32,000 bases of DNA from Candidatus Syntropharchaeum caldarium. GTDB lineage: Archaea; Halobacteriota; Syntropharchaeia; Syntropharchaeales; Syntropharchaeaceae. This document shows, one piece after another, positions 9,869 to 18,308 of this stretch. The notes under the pieces were generated by a model that was given only the letters and a program-made list of their open reading frames with translations, had not been told where the DNA came from and searched no databases. The translations under genes and the position numbers were made by a program. The stretch covers positions 10,723-42,722 of the forward strand of contig LYOS01000004.1 in the NCBI GenBank assembly GCA_001766815.1, read 5' to 3'. Position 1 is the stretch's first letter; each line of letters begins with the position of its first letter.

Positions 9869-10938
9869 GGCTCTCTCAGGTAATTCTCCACGTGCATTGG
9901 ATCGAATCGATCGATCGATGCCATCGACTTTATGAAGTTGAAGAGTTTCAATCTAACCTCGGGGTCAAGATTTGGATACCATATCGGACTTGCAACTACC
10001 AGACCTCTGAACAGGTAAAACGGAGGGATGAATTCGAGTATATCGTAATCCTCGGTCTTCTCAAGATAGTTTTCCCAGAATATATCAAAAAGTTCCTTGA
10101 ACGCGCCGTCGAAGGAACCGCGCTGGGTGAGTGCGAAGAAGAGATAGTTGATCGTGATCGAGGACAGATCATCTGCAGCCTCACCCCATGCACCACGCGA
10201 TCGATCAAGCATCGTGAAGGATGTACCCTCCCTGAAAAGAATATTCCATGGGTGGAAATCCCCGTGAACCGCACATAATCGCTCACATCTATCCTTGATT
10301 CTCCACCGCCACCTTACAGCCCCTTTCTCGATTATTTCAAGTTCTTTCCATGAGATAAACTCAAGATTGGGTGGATAGCTGTCCGTAAGCCCCATTATGC
10401 ACTCACCATGTCCAACAAGTTCCCTTATTCGCCTCGTATACAGTGATTCCATCCCTTTCTCAGGTTTTATAGCATGAATGCGGGCAAGATAGGAGGATAA
10501 AGCGTACGCACGTTCGCGATCAAGATCTTCAAGCTCTCCACGCCTGGAAATCCTGTTTAGATCCAGAACGTACTCAGAACCCTCAACCTCTTCCATCAGC
10601 AGAAAGTACTCATTAGCATCTCTCACAGATTTCATTGCTCCATCTGCTGTGAAATATCCAATATCGACCGATTTTACATGCTCTGGCAGGCTGTTGAAGG
10701 TGTGGTATTGTTCCATCAAAACCCTTGCTCGATCTTCCATGTGTTCGTGCCCGAATGAGTCACCACGCATCGTTGATAGCACGAAACCTTTCTTCACACC
10801 CCCGATCTCAACCTCGATCTTCAGTGGCTTGCCGTACCCAAAACCCTTGAGTTCATCCAGACCTCCAATATCTCCTGTGCTCACAAGCTTTGCATCTTTG
10901 CCAAACAACTCCCGTATATACGCTTCAACTTTCATCAT
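9865..10938 (-). CDS. Phosphotransferase (aminoglycoside phosphotransferase/choline-kinase, APH fold) family protein
   Basis: Catalytic-loop motif CAVHGDFHPWNILF (HxDxxxxN) followed by MLDRSRG. ORF trimmed to the ATG pair at 10938/10935, because the 50-aa N-terminal extension in the track lies inside the upstream gene. Confidence 0.8.
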   Translation of the reverse strand: MMKVEAYIRELFGKDAKLVSTGDIGGLDELKGFGYGKPLKIEVEIGGVKKGFVLSTMRGDSFGHEHMEDRARVLMEQYHTFNSLPEHVKSVDIGYFTADGAMKSVRDANEYFLLMEEVEGSEYVLDLNRISRRGELEDLDRERAYALSSYLARIHAIKPEKGMESLYTRRIRELVGHGECIMGLTDSYPPNLEFISWKELEIIEKGAVRWRWRIKDRCERLCAVHGDFHPWNILFREGTSFTMLDRSRGAWGEAADDLSSITINYLFFALTQRGSFDGAFKELFDIFWENYLEKTEDYDILEFIPPFYLFRGLVVASPIWYPNLDPEVRLKLFNFIKSMASIDRFDPMHVENYLREP

Positions 10939-12124
10939 CCTTAAGCCTCGATGGGTAGATTCGCCTGTACTCAACAATTTCTTCAAAAGTTTTAATAGAA
11001 TTTGCAACCGTATCATCGATTTGTTTCGTATCAAGAAGCTTGACAAGCTTGTTTGAGTTGAAAACTGATACCTCCTCCCATATTCCACTGCTTTTGAGCA
11101 GATTTACAAGTTCATTGTACCGCTCTTCATCCCTGGACTTCGATGGATATTCAGGCTTTTTTGATATCTTGATCCTCAACCTGTACTCACTGCCATTTAT
11201 GACATCTACCCCTTCTCTTAGTGCATATCTATATATCGCATCTTTCAACCTCGATTCTTCCTCTTCAAGCTTTTTCTTTTGGTTTTTAAGCTCGATGAAT
11301 CTGTTCACAAGTCTGACACCATCCTCCTCAATAAAGGCATCTGGTGGAAGATCAGCTACCTTGAATGCATGTTTCTTTGAGGGGCAAAGGTCCTGGTATC
11401 CGCACCAGTTGCAGAGGGCAGATTCTTTTGGTTCGAAGCTTTCAGCTGTCTCGATCTCGTAAATCTTTTTTACAATCTCCTCTTTGAGCATTTCAAGTGT
11501 AATTCTGTTCCTTTTTGATCGGAACTCCTTGTCAAACTTGAGGTAGTGCCATACAAGGTCAACATCCGAGATATCATTCCACAGCGGCTCGATTCCAAGC
11601 TGATACAATGCAAGTTGCTTATCCTGATCGATTTCCGATTGGTATGGCAGAGTGGATGATGTTTTGTAGTCATGAATCTCATACGTCCCATTTTCTCGCT
11701 GATCCACACGATCAATAAATCCAATGAACTTGAACTCAGAGTCGGGGAGTGGTACTTCTATTCGCATCTCAAGTGCGATCGTCTTTGCCTGCTCAAATGG
11801 ATAATACCGTCTGTAATAGCCCTCAAGACAGTTTCTGCCGATTTCTTTATAATTATCAGATGTGTAGTCTTTTCTGATTACAAGAACACCATCATGGAAC
11901 TTCTTCTCCCAGTTTACATCGTAAAAATCAATTAGTTCATCGAGCTGGGGGTCTTTTGCCATCATCTTATCCCTGTAGAGCTTTTCAAGACTCTCATGAA
12001 CTCTTGAACCCATGAACGCTTCTATACCTTCTGTATCAGGCTTTATCCGATCAATATATCGAAGTTTGAACTGAAATGGACAGTTTTCATACGCACCAAT
12101 CCTGGAGTAGGAGTATGTCTTCAA
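10925..12124 (-). CDS. Cas4/RecB-like PD-(D/E)XK nuclease with 4-Cys Fe-S signature and ~150-aa C-terminal extension
   Basis: N-terminal Cys (YENCPFQF), [15 protein letters not shown] (D-x-K), QLALYQL (QxxxY) and C-terminal [10 protein letters not shown] give a Cas4/AddB-type iron-staple pattern. TTG start at 12124 with GGAGGTG about 5 nt upstream and a TTGA overlap with the upstream stop. Confidence 0.8.
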   Translation of the reverse strand: MKTYSYSRIGAYENCPFQFKLRYIDRIKPDTEGIEAFMGSRVHESLEKLYRDKMMAKDPQLDELIDFYDVNWEKKFHDGVLVIRKDYTSDNYKEIGRNCLEGYYRRYYPFEQAKTIALEMRIEVPLPDSEFKFIGFIDRVDQRENGTYEIHDYKTSSTLPYQSEIDQDKQLALYQLGIEPLWNDISDVDLVWHYLKFDKEFRSKRNRITLEMLKEEIVKKIYEIETAESFEPKESALCNWCGYQDLCPSKKHAFKVADLPPDAFIEEDGVRLVNRFIELKNQKKKLEEEESRLKDAIYRYALREGVDVINGSEYRLRIKISKKPEYPSKSRDEERYNELVNLLKSSGIWEEVSVFNSNKLVKLLDTKQIDDTVANSIKTFEEIVEYRRIYPSRLKDDES

Positions 12125-13254
12125 TTCACACCTCCCAGAATCTTTCGCACGATCTCATCCCCAACCTCTGATGTCTTACTGTTACCCCCAAGATCATAAG
12201 TTCTAACTTTCCCTTCTTTCAGAACATCTTTTATTCCAGTTATAATTCTCTCTGCTGCCCTCACTTCACCCAGTTGTTCAATGAGCATCGCACCTGCCCA
12301 TATCGTTGCAATCGGATTTACGACATTCTTTCCTGCATACTTTGGAGCAGATCCATGAATCGGCTCGAACATCGATGTTCCATCGGGATTTATATTCCCA
12401 CCAGGTGCAAGTCCAAGCCCACCCTGAATCATCGCACCAAGATCCGTGATGATATCTCCAAAGAGATTCGGTGCAACAACAACCCTGTACCACTCAGGGT
12501 TCTTCACAAACCACATCGTCGTCGCATCAACGAAGTTGAACTCGGTCTCAATCGAAGGATAGCGTGCTGCAACATCGAGAAAAACATCCCTCCAGAGCCC
12601 ATACATCTGAGAGAGGACGTTTGCTTTATCCACCCCTGTCACACGTTCCATACCTTTTCGAGCTGCAAGACTGAAGGCATAATCGATGACGCGCTCTGCC
12701 CCTTCCTTTGAGATCACACCAATCTGGTATGCGATCTCTTCGCTGCTTGTCTCGATGTCGAGATCGAACCGAACCTGATAGAGTTCTCTCAGGAGTTCAA
12801 GCTGCACCTTTGAATTCCTGCCTTTGAACCTGTCACCGATACCGATATAGAAATCCTCCGTATTCTCACGCACAACAACGAAATCGATCTCTTCGGGCCC
12901 TTTATCCTTAATTGGAGTCCAAACACCTTCCAGAAGTTTTATTGGTCTGAGATTAACATACTGGTCAAAGTAAAATCTCAGTTTAAGTAAAATTCCAAGT
13001 TCAAGAATCCCTGGCTCAACTCTTGGATCACCAAGTGAGCCGAGATATATTGCCTTATACTGCCCAAGCTCTTTGAGTTCATCTTCACTTATTAACTGTC
13101 CACTTTTAAGGTAGCGATCTGCACCAATATCATAAGGTATCCACTCGACATCAAATCCCTCTACCTCTGCCACAGCTTCAATCACCTTTCTGCCCTCATT
13201 GATGATCTCTGGACCGATACCATCACCAGGAATTACCGGTATCTTATACATCAT
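12121..13254 (-). CDS. Isopropylmalate/homoisocitrate/isocitrate dehydrogenase family (beta-decarboxylating dehydrogenase)
   Basis: N-terminal [36 protein letters not shown] and [14 protein letters not shown] are hallmark motifs of this family. Substrate (LeuB vs AksF vs other) cannot be assigned by eye. Confidence 0.88.
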   Translation of the reverse strand: MMYKIPVIPGDGIGPEIINEGRKVIEAVAEVEGFDVEWIPYDIGADRYLKSGQLISEDELKELGQYKAIYLGSLGDPRVEPGILELGILLKLRFYFDQYVNLRPIKLLEGVWTPIKDKGPEEIDFVVVRENTEDFYIGIGDRFKGRNSKVQLELLRELYQVRFDLDIETSSEEIAYQIGVISKEGAERVIDYAFSLAARKGMERVTGVDKANVLSQMYGLWRDVFLDVAARYPSIETEFNFVDATTMWFVKNPEWYRVVVAPNLFGDIITDLGAMIQGGLGLAPGGNINPDGTSMFEPIHGSAPKYAGKNVVNPIATIWAGAMLIEQLGEVRAAERIITGIKDVLKEGKVRTYDLGGNSKTSEVGDEIVRKILGGVN

Positions 13255-13299
13255 GTTTAACCCTTCGGTGGATGAGTGTATAAATATTAACCCTCGACC

Positions 13300-14058
13300 T
13301 CACCGTTTTCTTTTCTGCTTCAACAACTCGGAAACCCTCTGGAATGACTTTTCATCAACAATCCCTTCATGCCCACCATCAAAAAGATTATCACCCCACT
13401 TAACCCTACCGAGGTAGGTTTTGTTTGTCAGGATTCTGTAAACCAGTGATCGTGGAACATTGAATGCCCTTGAGATCTGTACTGTGCTATTTCCGCGTAA
13501 ATACGCTCGATAGATATCTTTAACAATCTCGGCCTCCTCTTCAACCACAACCAGGCGTTTATCTTCAAAGCGATATCCAAATGGTGGCTTGTACTGGACA
13601 TATCCATCTTTCGCCTTTTTATCCATCCCGAGAATGACTCGTTGTCGAATAATATCACGTTCAAACTCTGCAAACGCTCCGATGATATGAAACATTAACT
13701 TTCCCACGGGTGTTGTTGTATCGATCTGTTCTGTGAGGCTCACAAAATCAACATTATAACTCCTCAATTCATCGATCGTGAGTATTATATCCCTCAGTGA
13801 CCTGCTCAATCTGTCAAGTTTGTAAACTAAAAGAACATCAAGAAGATTATTTTTACCATCTTCAATCAATCTTTGAAGCTGTGGACGGTTGAGTGTGCCA
13901 CCACTCAAACCTGCATCCACATACTCCCCTACAATATGCCATTCGTTGAATTTGCAGTACTCCTCAAGCTTCTGTTTCTGTGCAGCGAGGCTGGCACCCG
14001 TGGATACCTGCTCTTCTGTGCTTACCCTCAGATACAATCCCACCCTTTTTTGTTCCAT
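13300..14058 (-). CDS. Small serine recombinase (resolvase catalytic domain + partial recombinase domain)
   Basis: VGLYLRVSTEEQ (catalytic Ser), YKLDRLSRSLRD and FAEFERDIIRQR, then PPFGYR and a helix-turn-helix-like segment. No zinc-ribbon or coiled-coil as in large serine integrases. Trimmed to the ATG at 14058 (MEQKRVG). Confidence 0.85.
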   Translation of the reverse strand: MEQKRVGLYLRVSTEEQVSTGASLAAQKQKLEEYCKFNEWHIVGEYVDAGLSGGTLNRPQLQRLIEDGKNNLLDVLLVYKLDRLSRSLRDIILTIDELRSYNVDFVSLTEQIDTTTPVGKLMFHIIGAFAEFERDIIRQRVILGMDKKAKDGYVQYKPPFGYRFEDKRLVVVEEEAEIVKDIYRAYLRGNSTVQISRAFNVPRSLVYRILTNKTYLGRVKWGDNLFDGGHEGIVDEKSFQRVSELLKQKRKR

Positions 14059-14079
14059 AAGGTTTACCTTTCGGAACAA

Positions 14080-14322
14080 TAAATATAGTTTTTGGCGTAT
14101 TCTGGAAAAATATTAAAAAATAATATTTATAATATCTTAATTAATTTATATTTGATTAAATATGAATTACTACATTAAATAAATTATAGAAAGTATCTAT
14201 TATAGTATAACTAATTAGAAATAAGTTTTGTGTAATACAAAATAAAATCCTCAGGAATTAAGAAGAATCAAAAAACCGGACAGTTAAAAAATGGTGCATA
14301 CGCCGCAGAACTCACCTGCAAA
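14080..14322. other. Strongly AT-rich spacer (~240 bp) between xpd stop and recombinase start
   Basis: Runs such as aaatattaaaaaataatatttataatatcttaattaatttatatttgattaaatatgaatt are visibly far more AT-rich than any other stretch of the window. The spacer contains no credible ORF. It probably holds the recombinase promoter and the xpd terminator, and possibly more. Confidence 0.6.
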
Positions 14323-16188
14323 TTAGTCTTTCAATTTTTGATTGCTTTGATAGAAAAATTCCTTCAACATCTCCGCCCATTCATCACTTATAATCACCCT
14401 GAAATCTGGTGGCAGACAATCGAGATATTTTTGCATACCAAAACGATCGTCCATGAGAATAATTGCCCCGCGATCTTCTTCGCTTCGGATACATCTTCCA
14501 GCAGCCTGCAGGACTTTGTTCATTGCAGGATACGTGTACCCATACAGGTGTCCACGTCCAAATTTTTTGTTATAGTACTCAATCAATGATTTGACCTCAA
14601 TCGATGGAGGACTGAGTGGGATTCCTACAATAACCACCCCATCAAGCGCATTTGCAGCGTAATCAATACCCTCTGCGAACGAACCTCCCATAACTCCAAC
14701 AAGAATGCCACCATCTTCTTCTTTAAGGTGCATCAAAAGATCATACATTCCATCTTTATCTTCCTTGCTCATCCCACGATCCTCTCTGACAATCCGTTTC
14801 GATGATCGTAGATACTGCAGGACCGCATTCATAATCATATAGGATGGGAAAAAAACTGCAAGATTTCCTGGGATAATATCTGCAACTGTATTCAGATTAG
14901 TGCCTATCTTTGCATACATCATTTCATCTCGCTTTGAATAGAGTGTCGTCGTCCCAGGAACCGAAAGTATAATGCGATTCTTCTTTGGAAAAGGGGATCT
15001 GTAAGTGGCTAAAATTGACCTCTCTGCCTCGATTCCAAGTATATCTCGTATCATCTCAGGATATAGCGTTCCACTCATGAGAATCGATGCATGAATATGG
15101 TCAAATATTCCTCTTGCAAGAATTGATGGATCAAGGAGTCGGTTTGAGATACGCGGCGTCTCTTTATTCTCAAATATCCTGACAGATGCACCTTCATTTG
15201 CAGGCCAACCTTTGAGAAAAGCTGCGAGGTGTTCAAGTGCCGAGTGATAGTTTCCGTCTTTGATGATTTTCTCTCCACCTGCAGAGATCAGCCTGACAAA
15301 CGCATCAAAGTCCAGCGGCTCGAGCTGCTCTTTTAGGATCTTATCAACTCGAACGACGAGATCATCTACCGTGAGCATAATCTCGCCCCCCACAGGCGTT
15401 TGCTTCCCAAACGCATCAAAGATCCTGGTCATACCTCTGAGATGGTGGGTTAAACGTGCCATTTCATTTCCTTTAAGCGTTTTTGACTCCTTTATTGCAT
15501 CTTTTAGATCAAAAATACTAATACTGTCGCTTAAATGGTCCCTTATACGATCCGGTAGATTGTGTGCCTCGTCAACAATCACAATAAGCTCATCAAGCCC
15601 TTTTCCAAGCCTTGCTAATATTGTATCCTCTACAGGAGAGAAAAGATAGTTGTAATCACATACAATAACATCCGCAACCCCGCCAAGTTCAAGTGCAGTC
15701 TTATAGGGACAGACCTCACATGCTGTTGCCAGACGAACGAGAGAATCAACATCATAGATCGTATGCATAAGATCTTCGATGAGGCTTTTATCTTCGCCTG
15801 TAGCATACTTGCATCGATGTGCGCGTTGTTCTCTTGCGCAGAACTCATGAAATTCACCAGAAAATAACCGCTGAGCGCCACCTCTTGGACACATACTCTG
15901 CTTTGCGATGATGTCAACAACAATGATATTTCTCCCACTTACATCCTTCATGAGCCGCAGCGTATCGATCGCTATCCTGTGCTGTGACTGACGGGATGTT
16001 AGAAATAGTGTCAAAAGTCCATTGTCCATTCCATACTCGAGCGAAGCAGCAAGTGCAGCGGCCGTCTTTCCGATTCCAGTTGGTGCATGTGCAAGAAGGT
16101 GCTTACCGCTCGATATCACACGCCTTGCATCATCCAGAAATTCACTTTGACCGCTCCTGATCGTTGGAAAGGGAAACAGGTTCATCAA
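14323..16188 (-). CDS. xpd: XPD/Rad3-family Fe-S DNA helicase
   Basis: Walker A AHAPTGIGKT, DEAH box VDEAHNL, Cys cluster between motifs (MCPRGG ... FCAREQRAHRC ... CEVCPYK), and C-terminal AAGRCIRSEEDRG. TTG at 16188 or ATG at 16185. Confidence 0.9.
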   Translation of the reverse strand: MMNLFPFPTIRSGQSEFLDDARRVISSGKHLLAHAPTGIGKTAAALAASLEYGMDNGLLTLFLTSRQSQHRIAIDTLRLMKDVSGRNIIVVDIIAKQSMCPRGGAQRLFSGEFHEFCAREQRAHRCKYATGEDKSLIEDLMHTIYDVDSLVRLATACEVCPYKTALELGGVADVIVCDYNYLFSPVEDTILARLGKGLDELIVIVDEAHNLPDRIRDHLSDSISIFDLKDAIKESKTLKGNEMARLTHHLRGMTRIFDAFGKQTPVGGEIMLTVDDLVVRVDKILKEQLEPLDFDAFVRLISAGGEKIIKDGNYHSALEHLAAFLKGWPANEGASVRIFENKETPRISNRLLDPSILARGIFDHIHASILMSGTLYPEMIRDILGIEAERSILATYRSPFPKKNRIILSVPGTTTLYSKRDEMMYAKIGTNLNTVADIIPGNLAVFFPSYMIMNAVLQYLRSSKRIVREDRGMSKEDKDGMYDLLMHLKEEDGGILVGVMGGSFAEGIDYAANALDGVVIVGIPLSPPSIEVKSLIEYYNKKFGRGHLYGYTYPAMNKVLQAAGRCIRSEEDRGAIILMDDRFGMQKYLDCLPPDFRVIISDEWAEMLKEFFYQSNQKLKD

Positions 16189-16207
16189 CTTTCAGGAGTG
16201 CGTAGTC

Positions 16208-16215
16208 TTATATAA
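16208..16215. promoter_or_regulatory. Palindromic TATA box TTATATAA in the divergent xpd/osmC gap
   Basis: This is the only A/T box in the 49-bp divergent gap. It ends 23 nt before the osmC ATG (16238), a spacing consistent with a leaderless or near-leaderless transcript. Confidence 0.4.
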
Positions 16216-16237
16216 GATCTCTTTGTATGTGTGATCG

Positions 16238-16699
16238 ATGGTTTTAAGACATGTGGAAGGGAAGCTTCTTGGAGAGTGCAGAAGTACCTGGAATGGTGGC
16301 GTGCGATCAGTTACAACATTTGACGGAGCTTTTCCACTCATAATGGACGAACCAGAAGATTTCATCGGTACTGGCGAGGGTCCCACTCCAATGGAAGTGA
16401 TGCTTGCATCGATTTCAGGCTGTGCGGTCGCAACGTTTGCCTATATCGCAGGTAAGATGAATATCAAGATTGAAGATCTTTCTGCAGTTGCAAAAGGCGA
16501 GGCAATCCATCGTGAAGCGGGTGGTTGGCTGATCAATGATGTCGAGACAACGATAAATGTCAGAGTTGCAGGAGATACGTCACCTGAGAAAGTTGAAGCA
16601 TGTTTTAAACAGTATCAGTATTTTTGTGCGATAAAAAATTCAATTGAAGCAGGCATTCCAATAAAAGCAGACCTGAATTTAAAGATAGAGGGGGAATAA
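16238..16699 (+). CDS. osmC: OsmC/Ohr-family peroxiredoxin-like protein
   Basis: 153 aa with GPTPMEVMLASISGCAVATF, the characteristic OsmC-family Cys motif. The size is typical of the family. Confidence 0.82.
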   Translation: MVLRHVEGKLLGECRSTWNGGVRSVTTFDGAFPLIMDEPEDFIGTGEGPTPMEVMLASISGCAVATFAYIAGKMNIKIEDLSAVAKGEAIHREAGGWLINDVETTINVRVAGDTSPEKVEACFKQYQYFCAIKNSIEAGIPIKADLNLKIEGE

Positions 16700-16705
16700 G
16701 GCGAG

Positions 16706-17344
16706 ATGGACGTATTTGTAGAGTGCGCGGAAGAAACAGGTGCACTTGCATTCCAGATGTTAACGGAGAGTATAATCGAGGATCTCCATGCAGGGAGACT
16801 GATCGAGCGGGTGCGCGAGTATATTGATATTGACATACCGCTCTTCTATATTTCGATCAAACCCCACCGATCCACCCAGAAGATAGAGATGCGCGATCTT
16901 GTATCCATTATCGAGGCAACAGAGGATGGGATAAAAGTCTCCATCGATGATGAGACATATGCACCCTATCTCCTGCCGCTTCTCTGGGAAAAATACGGCG
17001 ATAAGGTGCATCAGATTGAGCGTAACAGGCTTGAAATCAATGGGGTAACTGAAGACGAACTTATGGCAATCCCGATCGAAGATATAAAAATGAAAGAGAT
17101 TGATGATATTCTGAATCATATCATCTTCCACGTGATACCGATCGGCTTCAGGGTGATTCGAAATATCTCTGAAGGGGATGAGATCAGGTATATCGCATCA
17201 GAGAACTCGATAACCGATGAGATGGTTGAGAAGGTTAAAAAAATCGTCGCAAAACCGCCAAAAGAACTGAGTCTTCGAAGGGAAGATATATTAAAGCCTT
17301 CAAAGAAGACTTATGTCGCAAGTTACAAAGAGAGCTATGTTTAA
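16706..17344 (+). CDS. Conserved-looking acidic hypothetical protein (no family recognised)
   Basis: 212-aa ORF starting 7 nt after the osmC stop, with GGGGAATAAGG upstream. Composition is coding-like and Glu/Asp/Ile-rich. There is no TM segment and I recognise no catalytic motif. Confidence 0.6.
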   Translation: MDVFVECAEETGALAFQMLTESIIEDLHAGRLIERVREYIDIDIPLFYISIKPHRSTQKIEMRDLVSIIEATEDGIKVSIDDETYAPYLLPLLWEKYGDKVHQIERNRLEINGVTEDELMAIPIEDIKMKEIDDILNHIIFHVIPIGFRVIRNISEGDEIRYIASENSITDEMVEKVKKIVAKPPKELSLRREDILKPSKKTYVASYKESYV

Positions 17345-17418
17345 TTCTCAGGGGTGTAAAGATTCCAGAAAATAGCGGTGAAGAGAAGGGAAAACATGGA
17401 CGGGTAATTGTTGCTACA

Positions 17419-18234
17419 ATGGGACTTTTTATCCTGATTGTTCAGGTTGCTGCGGTTGTGCTTGCACCTGATTTTGAGTCAGCGGGTATTGTGGCATTTG
17501 AAAATCCTGAGTCTGTCACAAATCCAATCATCTACATAGGTTTTATACTTCTATTCACGCTTTTCCTCCTTTTTGTGATGAAACGTGGTAAGGAATGGCT
17601 CATAAAATTTGTGATGTACGGTGCAATCTTTGGGACACTCTTCTACGTCTTTGTACTCCCTTTTTCTACTTTGGCTGCTATTGTAAGCGCTTTTCTGGTC
17701 ACGCTTTTAATCTACGCCTACCCTGAGTGGTATATCGTCGATGCAGTAGGACTTCTTATCGGTGCAGGTGCAACAGCGATCTTTGGGGTGTCACTCACGG
17801 TTCTTCCCGTGATCATACTGCTTGTTATCCTTGCAATCTATGATGCGATCTCGGTTTATCAAACAAAACACATGGTGACCCTGGCAGAGGGTGTACTTGA
17901 TCTTAAAGTTCCAATTCTCTTCATACTGCCCAGAAAAAGGGGGTTCTCCTATCTTGTGAATACAGAATTTAAGCAGGGTGATGTCTTTATTATGGGACTT
18001 GGTGATGCAATAATACCCTCGATCCTGGTTGTATCTGCAAACTTCTACCTAACTGATCTCCCCACAATCTGGATTCTCAACTATCCTGCACTTGGCGCAA
18101 TGATCGGAACGATGATGGGTTATGTACTCTTATCTATGTTTGTTGGGAAAGGAAAACCCCATGCAGGATTACCATTTTTAAATACAGGAGCGATCACTGG
18201 CTTTCTTATAGGACTTGGATGCTGCTATCTGTGA
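17419..18234 (+). CDS. Presenilin/signal-peptide-peptidase-like intramembrane aspartyl protease (peptidase A22 family)
   Basis: Polytopic membrane protein with the three signature motifs in order: LAIYDAISVY (YD), MGLGDAIIPS (GxGD), YPALGAMIG (PAL). Confidence 0.85.
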   Translation: MGLFILIVQVAAVVLAPDFESAGIVAFENPESVTNPIIYIGFILLFTLFLLFVMKRGKEWLIKFVMYGAIFGTLFYVFVLPFSTLAAIVSAFLVTLLIYAYPEWYIVDAVGLLIGAGATAIFGVSLTVLPVIILLVILAIYDAISVYQTKHMVTLAEGVLDLKVPILFILPRKRGFSYLVNTEFKQGDVFIMGLGDAIIPSILVVSANFYLTDLPTIWILNYPALGAMIGTMMGYVLLSMFVGKGKPHAGLPFLNTGAITGFLIGLGCCYL

Positions 18235-18308
18235 AGTGCACCCATCACCGTCTAATAAATAACGATGCTGCAAAAGGATTTAAAAAAAGATTGATTATAG
18301 GATAGAAT

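Noticed and set aside
10939-11088. 50-codon N-terminal extension of the kinase-like ORF
   Set aside because: It lies inside the well-supported nuclease gene, and [12 protein letters not shown] at 10935/10938 is a natural start.
13257-13294. 8-nt direct repeat TTAACCCT (13257 and 13287) as a possible recombinase att/crossover site
   Set aside because: The repeat is too short to be significant. The interval also contains the TATA-like box of the dehydrogenase gene, so an ordinary promoter explains it.
14080-14322. AT-rich spacer as a replication origin or invertible DNA switch
   Set aside because: There is no adjacent orc1/cdc6 and I could find no ORB-like repeats with G-strings. The only flanking inverted match is 7 nt (ggcgtat/atacgcc), which is too short to support an invertible element without read-level evidence. 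It is kept only as a low-key finding.
16706-17344. Naming the 212-aa protein as a specific methanogenesis marker protein
   Set aside because: The idea rests only on a vague recollection of N-terminal similarity. No other marker genes are adjacent and I cannot verify it without an HMM search, so the protein is left as hypothetical.
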